Origin: Paramecium tetraurelia | Taxonomy: Eukaryota | Reading direction: 5' to 3' | Assembly (NCBI GenBank): GCA_000165425.1 | Contig: CT868651.1 | Coordinates: forward strand, 62,001 to 126,000 | DNA length: 64,000 bases | Shown: positions 1 through 11,350 of the stretch, in pieces | Position numbering within the stretch: position 1 is the first letter of the stretch | How the letters are laid out: every line of letters begins with the position of its first letter | Made by a program: the position numbers and the translations under genes | The notes under the pieces: model-generated | Seen by the model: only the letters and a program-made list of their open reading frames with translations | What the model was told of the DNA's origin: nothing | Database searches by the model: none

Positions 1-208
1 TGGATCCGATGTTTTAATTCTGATTTTCAGTCGATTCTGGTTTGCAGATATCAAGATCATAATAATCATATGGGAGTTGAGTAGATTCTGAGGTCATCTC
101 GTTTATTAAGACTGGGATCTATTGACCCTCAAAATAGGTTTTTTGTTGGATGCCTGGCAAGTCGAAAGTATAAATGACGCATATCATAGAAAGCATTAAG
201 ATGCTCAT
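1..208 (-). CDS. TM9SF/EMP70 (nonaspanin) family protein, 5' part only (runs off the window)
   Basis: Code-6 translation MSILMLSMICVIYTFDLPGIQQKTYFEGQQIPVLINEMTSESTQLPYDYYDLDICKPESTENQNQNIGS: signal peptide plus the F.LPG..Y..G / TS..TQLPY.YY.L.C.P / N.G motifs of the EMP70 N-terminus. Confidence 0.85.
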
Positions 209-236
209 TTTATTATTTTTATTATATATTAAGTTA

Positions 237-1319
237 ATGTCTTCGGTTTAACATTATTTGTTGAGAAAACAAATCACTTTGATTTAGCATCCGAACATCT
301 TTATGACTCAACACGACATCGATGAATCTTAATTATACAGGGATGGTAAGATTGTGCCTTATTATGTTGTTGGGAAACCTGAGATCATTGATAAGAGATT
401 GAACAAATCACAACCAATTGAAGAGATTGTTCAACCTCATCGCAAAATCAAGCCAACAACATATAAGGAGTTTAAAAATAAACAATCCCAATAGATGAGT
501 GTGGAAGAGGAGGCTGATTTTATTCAAATTGACATGGAACCAAGTTAAGTTGAAAATGAAATCCAATAAATTCTTAATAGAAAGACCTAATAACAATACT
601 TGCATCTCAAAAAATTGAGTAAGGCAGATCAAGTTGCTGCTGTCAAAGAAAGTAGAATCATCAAGCAATTTGAAACTCAACAATAAAAATGGCAACGAAG
701 AGTAGTCTCCTCAGCCCAACAATGCAATAGACCAACTTCTTAATCTATTTACAATTAAATATAAGTAGAACGAGAAAAAGTGGAAGACAGAAAGCTATTG
801 GACCTTATACAAACAGATGCAGAAAGATATGGCAATAAATTATGGGTAATAATCAGTTTCATTTTAGGAAAGATAACTTAGATCAAGATCTGATGCTGTA
901 GAATAACACAAAAAAATCAAGGAGCAAGGACACGAGATCATTAAAAATCCCAATTGTCACGCCATCTACAAGAGACCTAGGAGCATTGCCTAGAGATTTG
1001 AAGAAAGGAAAGAGAAGGTAAATGAAGTTTATAGTGTTGGCCCGTAATTAGATAATCTTTAGGTATGAACTAGACTTAATTAAAGGTAGAGGGAGAGAGT
1101 AAATTAGTGAAGGAGACACAAAGTGTCTAAAAAATGTTGGATGAGCAGAAAATCAAAGAACAGAATGAAAATTGTGGGAAAAGGAAAAATCCAGCTATTT
1201 TCAAGAAAATTATACCTACTGATTAAGTTGGTGGTTCCAATGAAATTATATCACTTAACTATGATAAATAAGTCTTGAGGTAAAAGGGAAAACTCGATAT
1301 TTTTAAACAGTTCTTTTGA
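237..1319 (+). CDS. Uncharacterised protein, 2 introns; central W..R..E.R..LD..W segment loosely resembles MYCBPAP-like ciliary proteins
   Basis: ATG 237 to TGA 1317-1319 is open in code 6 after removing gtaataatcagtttcattttag and gtatgaactagacttaattaaag. The family resemblance is weak and by eye only. Confidence 0.7.
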
Positions 1320-1382
1320 TCACATGAACTCTCATTTAATTTTTACTTAACATTTATTGTTTATTATTAATAAATTTAAGAA

Positions 1383-2078
1383 TCACTCCTCTTCCTCTAG
1401 TTCCACTGTTACCACTTCCATTTTCTTCGACCATGGACTTTATTAAAAATCAAACACATTACTTTTCATACAATGTTCCTTTATACTTTTTACCATCTGA
1501 TAATTGTACAAATATTAAATAGGTTTTGCCAGCTATAAATTATTCTTTGACTGATTATATTTCCATTATGGAAGTATTGTCTTCTAAGTCAAACTTGGGT
1601 ATCAATTTTGAGAGCAATAATGTTTAGATTTGAGGGTATTTTGTATTAAATTATTAGGCATCAAGATCGACCCAACCATGATATTTGAAATTGCTTGACT
1701 TTTTGTTATCAACTCTAAGGTTTTTTGATTCCATGCTAGTCACTTTGCGAGTGTTAGTCCATGGTCTTAAATTAAATTACTATGAAAGTCTTACTAATCA
1801 TAAAGTATGATCTCGTATTGAATATACTGGTTAGGGTCGTCTTTTTTTTAATAGTCAACGACCATTTTGTAGTTGATTCCTGAAACTATTTGCTATTAAA
1901 CGCTTTCTATTTTCCAAAGGAAGTATTCTGGGCCAGCTTCATCATCTAGGATTTCGTTGATGTGGGTGAAAATTTCATTATTCTGACTCATAAATTCCTT
2001 AATTTTGACATTCTAATATCCTCCTTCACAAACAGCTAATGCTAGCAAGAGACAGACGAATAAATATTGTTTATACAT
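1383..2078 (-). CDS. Secreted two-domain cystatin (cysteine protease inhibitor), about 213 aa
   Basis: Signal peptide MYKQYLFVCLLLALAVCEG. Domain 1 is GG..QQIVSGINY..DQPW; domain 2 is G..EQFIAGKTY..ENPW. Introns 1766-1794 and 1438-1462. Confidence 0.85.
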
Positions 2079-2152
2079 TTTATTAATTATAATAAACGGA
2101 TTCCATTATTAACATAATATTTTTGGACAAATAAAATTCTAAAATAATCATA

Positions 2153-5100
2153 TCAGAATATTGCTGCCAATCTATCAAGATCCAGCATTTCCAATGGCTT
2201 CTTTTTCTTTAATTATTACAAAATTTATGAGATATTTATTTCTTCAACTTCAGAATCAGATTGTGAAACTTAAAATTGCAGATCACTGATCCCCAATTAA
2301 TTTAAATATTCAACTAAATTATTCTTTTCTCCAATTTACAATTATTCCAATAATCTAGCAATAGCTATGAATTATTGATCTTATTCCAAACTTGAAACTA
2401 TTTGTTAGAATTAAAGATTCACTTATCCTATGACCAGGCTTAAGAAACCATGCATCAACGATTTGACCAACAAATTTTCAGACTTCTGATACAAATCAAA
2501 GTATTTGTGATATTATTTTGAATCCATTTGAGTAACTAAGTCTATAAAAATTTAAATAGTGGGATTTTAATTATCCTACTCCTTCATCTTCAACACTTGA
2601 GAATAGAATTCCTGACATTCAGGGATTTCGTGGAAACAAGATAATATTAAAGTATATTACAGAGTTTCCTCGTTTCTGAATGTCTTCAGCAATTCACATA
2701 AGGTTCTAAGATTGTCTTAATTATCAGTTAATTAAGAATGAGACAACACATAAAATCGAATGATACTAACTAAAACATAGAATACTAATAAAATACCATA
2801 AATGCTCTCGTCTTCATATTGAAGGTAATTCAATTCAACTCTCACTTATTTTAATCTATCGTGTATGAATTCGTAGATGTCTAAATACCCGATGTCTCTT
2901 GGAGTGTCTCCTTTCATGGGCTTTTTGAAATCTGAATCCGGAGCATCTGCTCTCAAGAAGTTTTGGAGGAGGAAATCAACAGTCTTACATAATGTATCTG
3001 GAGTTCTCACATACTCTGGCACGAAGGGTTTCTATTCTGATTTGTATGCTCTGATGATGTTCTCTCTGATGGGTTGAATTTCATATTAATAAAATCCATC
3101 TTACTCGAAAATGGACAATTATTGATTATTGATTCTTTCTTCGATTTCTTCATCATCACATTTCTTGGTCAATTTGGCTTTGTCAGAATACTGCTTCTAG
3201 AGTTTGCTGAAATTCTCCTCCTCTAATTTGCTGTATTAGACTTCGAGGGTCTATTCTTCGTATTCATACTGCTTCGCCTTTTTTGGTTTAACAATGATGT
3301 CATTCTCTTGAGCAGGGTCAAAGATTCGTTTGTATTCATCCAAACATTATTGATTCATTTCCAACACCCAATTTACATTCAATAATCCAACTGCCTTTTT
3401 GAGTTTCTTGAGTGCTAATTCAGCTTGAGCTTCATCCCAAAAATTAAGCACGTATTATTGAGATTATCTTTCTGAATAAAAGTCTCCTTTGAAATCAGAG
3501 AGGGCATTTTCAATATTAACAGCATCTGTAGATGACACTTCATAAAAAGTCTTTACCTTTGCTTTGAAGGGTTGATGATCTCTCTTGATGATTCCTTTCT
3601 AGACCTTAATGAAGTATTCAGAAAGCTTGATCTTGGGGATGCAAGTATCCTAAGTTTTGTAAAGACTGAACAAGTATTACTTGTTTTATGTTTTTAGAAT
3701 TTGGACATCAAATTTGTAATGTCTAGAAAATAGAGTCTGTAGAGCAACTTTCTTCAATTCAGACCATTCAGACCTTGGGAATGAGAAATCATATCCATCT
3801 TCTGGTTTGGAATGTACAAGGAAGTGTTCGATCTTTTCTTCCATTTTTTAGAGATTCTACAAATTATAATGAGTATATTTAAGTAAGATGTCTGGATAAT
3901 AGGTTTTCTCAATATCGACAAGAGAATTTGATTTATAAAAAGCTCCAAATCTCTTGATGTTCTAACATTTCTAATCACATTTCAAAGTCTTCTCAATCAA
4001 TTCATCCACGACTCCACATTCTGTGAAAGTGTCTCTGTTACCACAAGTGCAAACAACTCTAATCTATATTTTGCAAGGTTGTTTGGGACAAGCTTCATTT
4101 GGATGACAAATTTCTTAGCATAAATGATTGCATAGCTTTTTAGCATTGCATTTTTAACCACAACCTTCAGGTCCATTTCCAGGACATTCCTCTTGAGCTT
4201 AGCATATTTCTTAACATTTATGTCCACAATTTAATACTTTACTGCAGACATTCCTGCAGACAGCTTATTTTGAACAGATAGTTGAGAGTTTGTTTTGTTT
4301 GCATCTACAGAATTTATCAATCTACTCCATGCAATTAGGACATGGTCCAGGATGACATAATGATTTACAACTATGTCCACATTCTAAGACCTTATTACAA
4401 ACCTCTAAGCATGAAGGTGGAGCTGTGCCACACTTCATAGGTGGATTTTTTACACTTTTACCACAAGGACAATATAGAGGTTAGTTAATTATAATTGGGC
4501 ATTATTGACATGCACCAATGTGACAAAATTAATCACAATTATGTTGACCACATGGAAGTGGTTTATTACAGACTTTCAAACATAAATGAGCCTCTTAATC
4601 TCCAGATGGACAACACTCCTTTTAACAGAAATGAACTCCACATGACTTTCTCTTTTTGCATACATCATCACACACAAATAGTGATTTATCATTGCATAAT
4701 TTTAATCTTGTAGAATCTCCACATCTACATTTCTCTTTTACTTTTTATACACATTCTGGATAATCAGAACCACAGATAGTTCTACTTTTATGTCCACATG
4801 CAAGAGTGGTTTCTATAGGAGTTCCACAATTGGGAATTGGATCCAAACAGGATTTTCGTTGTTCCTTGATTAAATCATTAATTTTATATTTTCCACATGC
4901 ACAATATACTACTAATTCTGGCTTTAATTTGCATGGTTAACATTTGGGATGGCATTATTCAAAACATTGATGCTTACCACAATCAAGCGCTTTCCCACAC
5001 ACTTTACCACAAGAATAAGAAGCTTAGGCACAATTTATTGTATTTTATTAGGATCCACAATAACATTAAACTTCATGAGTCTCTACACAAGGTTAACAAT

Positions 5101-6070
5101 TTCCATTGTGACACTATGATTATTATGATATATCTTACTGGTTTCTAGCAAAAGTGATTATTGCAATTCAATAACTTGCCACAAGGTTATCCACATGAAA
5201 AATCCTTCTTTATTTCACTGCATTGCATTTGCTTAGTTTTCTTGCCACAAAAACATTTGATCTCCACTCCTTGGACATGACATTCAGGACATGGTCCAGG
5301 ATGGCAATCCATTGGACAAGGATGAGGACAATATTATCCTCTCTTCTTTTCGCATTTCTATGAACATGAATGTGGAACAGAATAGGAGTCTGCCTCTGGA
5401 TCTTATTGTTTTCCACAAAAGCATTTATATTCTGGCAACTTATCTTGGATCATGAGATTGCACTTTGGACAACTCCAGTAGTACAATTAATTGGTATTTT
5501 TTGGATTTAAATTCTTTATCCATTTATGCATGCAATACAAATGGAATGGGAAATAACACTAAGTGCAACTCCATATCTTTTGTTATGGATGTATTTTATC
5601 ATAGCATACTGGACATTCGATTTTTCTATATTTGAGCATTTTTATCAAAGTTTATGTCAACTCCTTTTACTTCACTTTTGTTATGTCGAACTTTTAGGTG
5701 TCTACTTTGTATATCATTAAATACCTTCTTCGACCTATGGATCATCTCTTCTGTAATCTTCATCCACCTCAACACTCTATTAAAATCTTTTTTGATAGGG
5801 TTTGTTGTCCTTCTAATTATTTTGTTTCTGATACTATTTATACTCAGGCTACTTTTTTTAGTAATGCTATTGCTACTACTATTCTCGCCTCTCATCATCT
5901 TATTTATTCTTTTAAATCTATTATTATTGTTTTTTTGGGGGATTTTATGCTTTCTGCTATTATTCTTAATTCTACTATATTTGCTATTGCTCATACTCCT
6001 CCTTCGTTACATACTCGTAAGCTTCTTAGCGAGGCTTATAGTTGCCCCTCTTATTATATTATTTGCTCAT
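2153..6070 (-). CDS. NFX1: NFX1/Fap1/shuttle-craft-type RING + NF-X1 zinc-finger protein with degenerate R3H, RRM-like region and C-terminal SAC3/GANP PCI domain (about 1280 aa)
   Basis: Q-rich N-terminus; RING CPVCYDKIHPQQKIWSCTQCYFPFHLYCMHKW..WSCPKC; YKCFCGK..PHSC; repeated CG.H.C..CH.G.C..C fingers; then KCDDEEIEERINNQQLSIFE..VRTPDTLCKTVDFLL..YEFIHDRLKQVRVEL. Three introns (23, 25, 27 nt). Frame traced codon by codon with no internal TGA. Confidence 0.9.
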
Positions 6071-6619
6071 TAATTAAAATTATTTAAAGTCAAATATTTT
6101 TGATTGAGACTCAAATATAATTTATCTGCATTATTCTTTAATAATTTCAAGACTATTTGAGTATTCTCTGTTTTTATCAGAACCCTCCCAAATTTAACCC
6201 ATCCATTACTAATCCTCCAAGTAGTAAGCAATCAAAACTCATTCTCTACAAAAATACAAATTAGAACTTCTTTCTCTCCTCACTAAATATTTTTAAAATG
6301 AAATTAATTGATACTAATAATATATCTTTTGAGTTAATAACTTATTAGTTAGTGAGTTATTTAGTTAGCTAATATTTAGATTGGATTAATAAATAAGAGG
6401 AAGAAACCATATTCAGAAAAACTATAACAATTAAGAGCCTATATTTAAAATTAGTTTTAAGAGATCAAAGAATATTGTATGAAAATTTAAATGAATATTT
6501 AATCATCCTGATTATTAGATTGAATTGTTTAAATTTAGTATTGAGATTCTGATTTCTCGGTTTAAAATGAATCAAAGTAAAAAATTTAATAATAAATACT
6601 AATATAATATTATAAAATT

Positions 6620-7874
6620 ATGAATAGTAAATATCCTAATTCGGGGTGCACTTTGAAAGAAGATGCTCAATCTGATGGGTTGTATAATAAATCCAAATAG
6701 AGCACTGATTTTAATGGGAACTTGGAGTTCTCGAAAAATAAGAGTAATTCTGCTGCCTCTTCTTTAAATGGAATGTCAGAACATGTTAACGAAGTTACAC
6801 CGCCGTTTATCAACAATGCGGATTTAAGAGGATTTCAACCAGCAGATACGGAATTATTTCCATTTGAACCTAAATCAGAGAAAAACAAGTATGATGAAAT
6901 ATTGATAGTCTAAGTTTTCGCTTTCTGTATGAATTCTGGCCTTCATTCAATTAGATCTTTTGTTAAGGCTGCTTGATGACAGGCCCAAAAGGAGATAGGT
7001 ATCACAATGCGTTTACTTGGATTATGATAATTGGCATAAGCACTTGTTTTTTTGTAATAGCTGCTCCGTACGTTTGGTAGAAATTGCATTGGCTTTATGT
7101 TTTAATAGTTATTTATTTATTCCTAAATACAATACTATTTTTAGTGCTAACCTAAGTAAGAATATAAAAGTATGTTTAAATAGTTTTCAGATCCAGGAAT
7201 AATACCGAGGAAATCTATTTTAGAACTATCTGATTAGAACACTCATTTCATTAGTAAGGCGGAGGTTAAAATCGAAGGAACTGGTGGGTGTCCAGACAAA
7301 AGGAAGAAGAAGTATTAAAATCAAGAACAGAGAGTTTGTCCAACTTGTTAAATCGTGAAGCCCTTGAGATGTTCTCATTGCAAGGATTGCGGAAATTGTG
7401 TTTAAGTGTTTGACCATCATTGTCCCTTTGTAAATAATTGTATAGGGCAAAGAAATTACAGATTTTTTATAGCCTTTCTGATTTCGCTGCTCCTATTGGC
7501 CTTGGGAGAATTGGGGGGATTCTTGATCCTTTTCATCGGAAACTTTGGAGAGGGTATCTCAGGGAAGGATGGGATATGTAAGATTATTAATAATATTTTG
7601 AAAAGTGATAGAGAATCAAACAATTTTAGTTATAGTTTTATTTGCTTTGGGGATTCCCACAATCCTACTGACTTTATGTATTTTGGTATTTGTTTGCTTT
7701 CACATTTGTTTGGCTTACACTGGAAAAACAACGAAGGAGTAGCTTTAGAAAAAGAAGATTGCAGACAGAGGTATTATTCCATCGACGACTTGGTGTGATA
7801 AGGCGAAGTCATTGTTTAATCTTAGATAAAAAATTCATATTTCCAGAATTAAAAAATTCTAGATTGTTGTGTGA
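6620..7874 (+). CDS. DHHC palmitoyltransferase (zDHHC)
   Basis: [44 protein letters not shown] cysteine-rich domain, flanking TM helices and TTKE (TTxE) motif; several short introns; TGA 7872-7874. Confidence 0.93.
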
Positions 7875-8096
7875 TAACTAAATTATTTTGTTTTTTTATT
7901 ATTTCGAACAATTTTATAACTAGGAATTTAAAAAGAAAATCCTATTGTGAATGCTGGATTGCTTAGCTATTAATATTAAACTTCTTTATAAAACATTAAG
8001 TTTTTTTGCTTTATATTATTTGTTGTACTTAAATTCCTGAAAATTTTCAACTCAAATTATTATTATCTTTCTTAATTACTCTATATATCAGTCATT

Positions 8097-8625
8097 ATGG
8101 GTTCTCAGATTTGTCAAAACGTGTAGCCCTCTCACGAAGAATAACTTACACAGGAGAAGAGATTCAAGTTTAATATCCATCACCCTCCTCAAATACAAAA
8201 ACCATAACCTATACTAAAGTTACTGTTCCCTGAAGAAAATGCTTAGATTGAGAAGGAACGATTGAATTCTCTGCCCAAACAAAATTCCTCAGACAATACT
8301 CTCACTAAATAGGAATTAAATGGAAACAAACACGAGCCTTCGGACTTTAATTTAGCAAATGCTTTAAATGATCAATTGGATCTCCAAAATAATTCAAGAG
8401 ATGATTCAAATAGTGGAATACAAGATGGTATTACTAGTTATTTATTATATAGTCAAACACAAATCTATTTTAAAAAATAAAGCAATGGCTGGATCGAATT
8501 CTTTCAGTTCCAAGGATGTTCAGAAAGACAATGAGTCTATTGGATCTCAAAGATCAATTAAAAAGGTCACCTTCGATAAAAAATAAAAGGTTATCTACAG
8601 TAGTTTTAGAAAACCTAAAGCCTGA
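8097..8625 (+). CDS. Small disordered protein with predicted N-myristoylation/palmitoylation and SILK + RVxF PP1-docking motifs
   Basis: Starts MGSQIC; ends HKSILKNK..SIKKVTFDKKQKVIYSSFRKPKA*; one 25-nt intron (8428-8452). Confidence 0.75.
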
Positions 8626-8779
8626 AATTCTTCTATAACTTTCTTATAATATTTATTGATACTTAAATTTGATATCTCTTACTTGCACCTGATTAATTTA
8701 AATTAAAGGATTCTCTCTAATCATTTCATAAAATATCAAATTGCCTTGCTTCGAGGTCAATAAAAAATTATTATAAATC

Positions 8780-10027
8780 ATGAATAATTTAGAGATATAA
8801 AAGGAGTAACAGTCTGAAAATAATGAAGACTGCGAATTGGAAGAGGATTCGGATTCACTTCAAAACAGATTGTTATTGAATAATATTCCAACGCCATCTC
8901 GAACAGAATCCGATTTTTAGACATCCATTAATAAAACTAGGCAGACATAATCAATTTAATAACTAAACAATCATCACCAATACGAATAGCCATCCCATGA
9001 TTAGGATACTCACTTAACTGATCTCGATCTCAAGAAATAAACCTAAATGTCGTATAATTCCTCTAAATCATCCAAAACCCAAACACCCTTGAAAATTAAT
9101 TTGCTATAGGCTTCGTTAATAGCTAAGGATTAATTAATACTAAACTTACAAGAGGAAGTTAAATAATTGAAAAAATAGTAAATTGATAAAGATAAATAAA
9201 TGGCTGAACTTTCAAGGAACTATGAAATCAAACTATAGCAAATGAGTGACAGAATCACAGATTTGGAAAAAATAATTAAAGAAAAAGATCATGATATCGA
9301 ATAATTCAAGAATGGCAATAATACCCTAAATCTACAGGATTCATCAGTTCTTACAAATATATAAAATGATCCAAAAAAACTCAAGCCAAATGAATTTCAA
9401 ACTAATGAATTATAAGCATATCGATAGAATGCAGATTTGTATCTCAATAGCAATTTTTGGTTAATATCAGCTGAGAGAAAACTCTGGGGTAACAATCCAA
9501 CATGCAATTACTAAGCAAAAGATAACTTTGATGGAAAGCAATCTTAATTAGTTTCATAATAGCAGAGAGGAATTGATAAACCATATTAAATAAGATAAAG
9601 TATATAATCTATGAATTAAATCAAGTATAATGCTAACATGTAATTGCCTAAATTAGGGGAGGGGAGTTCTCAAATTAATTTATAATAGTAGAAATATTAT
9701 CACACTAATGTAAGGAGCTAGAGTCTATAATAAAATAATTAAAAGAGTAATTCATCTCTTTCTTAACTTTATAACAATAAGGATGCTATTTCATACGATC
9801 CTGATGGCTTGTTTGCCGGCTAAGAGATAAAATAGATCTTTACTAATTAAACTCCACTTAAGATGGAATCATTAGATTGGAATTCATAACCATCCAATAA
9901 ATACATGATTACATATAATCATAATTTGAATTAATCTAAATTCGATATTATTGATAAAGCCTAAAAATAATAGAATCTTATTAATTCAAGGAAACATAAC
10001 TCACAGAAAATTTTTAATAAATAATGA
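8780..10027 (+). CDS. Uncharacterised Q/N-rich protein with a coiled-coil segment
   Basis: Code-6 frame from ATG 8780 to TGA 10025-10027 (416 codons); heptad-like LQEEVKQLKKQQIDKDKQMAEL. Confidence 0.7.
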
Positions 10028-10774
10028 TGTTTTAAGAGTTATATGTATTTATATAATAAATATCTGTGAGTAAAGTTCCTATATAATAAAAATCTCAATC
10101 TATCATATTTTTACAAAAAAATAACTGAATTGACCAATTCTTATTTTAATATATAAATAAAATAGTAGAGCATATCCATTTCTTCTCAGGAGAGTTTTAT
10201 TAATTGTTTATACCTTTATAAGCAGAAACGATCGATTTATTAATGAAATTAAAGTATTATATTATAAGAGATGATTAATTAATTTGAATTATGTGTTTAA
10301 TCAAAAAAATTTAATTTTTTTCAATCAATTTATTAATTATTACTGCTCTGTGATAATTTGAATTATTTCAGTTTTTCAAATAATATAAGAGTGAAATATT
10401 TAAAAGTAATCACCTTTAAGGAAGAGAAGTGCAAATTTTATGATTGCTGAATCGATTAGATAGAATTATAAATTCTTAATTAATATATTAATTTTTTTGA
10501 TTTATTGTAGTTAAATTTGCATCTAATGTAAATTATAAAAATGTTGGTAAGTTCGTATGAATATAAAACTTTGTTGATAAATGAATTTATAAGAATACAA
10601 AGTAAATCATGAAATTTTGGAGAAGAACGGTAGGTTGATTTTAAGAATTTATTCGAACAAATAGTTCTAATAAAATAAGCATTTATAACATACATTATGA
10701 ATAACTATAGTATTTAATATAATAAAACTGATTTGTGATGTATTGAATATAATTTATATATAGAGTGTGAATTA

Positions 10775-11350
10775 TCAATTGTATGTAGTATATCCAAAAG
10801 GTGATTTAAAATTCTTTTTCCCTTTGATTAAAGGATTAAACTTCTAATGGTGTGATCTACACTAAGTGGGAGTTCTTGTGGGTATGAATTCACTCATGAG
10901 TTTGAATATTTTTTTAGATTTTTTTTCATACTTCGATATTAAGGTATTTTCATGACTCTTAATAAAGTCTAGATATTATAAATGTTCTTAGGTTGTCCAG
11001 TGGCCTGAATATATATGAAATTCTTACCATAGCCTCGTCCTTATAAGTCTTATTCTATTGATGGGGATTTTTCCTAAAATCCTAACTCTACTAAAGTTTG
11101 ATGATTATTCTGGTCAATTGTCTAAATTTCAGGCACATTTTATTTGCAATTCGTGTAGATGTTCATAGGCTATGCTCTCCAATCATAATTTAATGATGGG
11201 AAATACATCGGTATATTCTCCTATTATAATGTCACTTAAAGCTATTTAACATTAGTTACTTAATGGAATAAATTGCTATTGGTAAGTAGGAACCGATGGG
11301 AAATAATAGCCAGTGGACTAATATGGATTATAAAATATATCTGAATTCAT
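10775..11350 (-). CDS. Myb-like transcription factor, SHAQKYF class
   Basis: GHWTTQEHLQYLDFIK..KKIFKLMSEFIPTRTPTQCRSHHQKFNP; two introns (25 and 23 nt). Confidence 0.88.

Noticed and set aside
3000..3400. Two separate genes (NFX1 and SAC3) with a missed boundary
   Set aside because: Codon-by-codon tracing shows no TGA, no AT-rich spacer and no intron-like segment across the junction; transcript evidence is still needed.
5626..6087. Hydrophobic Leu/Ile-rich and N/K-rich ORFs in the supplied track
   Set aside because: They are antisense or off-frame shadows of the TAA/TAG/CAA poly-Gln N-terminus of the NFX1 gene.
6620..8625. DHHC enzyme next to a predicted palmitoylated protein as an enzyme-substrate cluster
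   Set aside because: Both classes are common in ciliates, and adjacency alone is not evidence.
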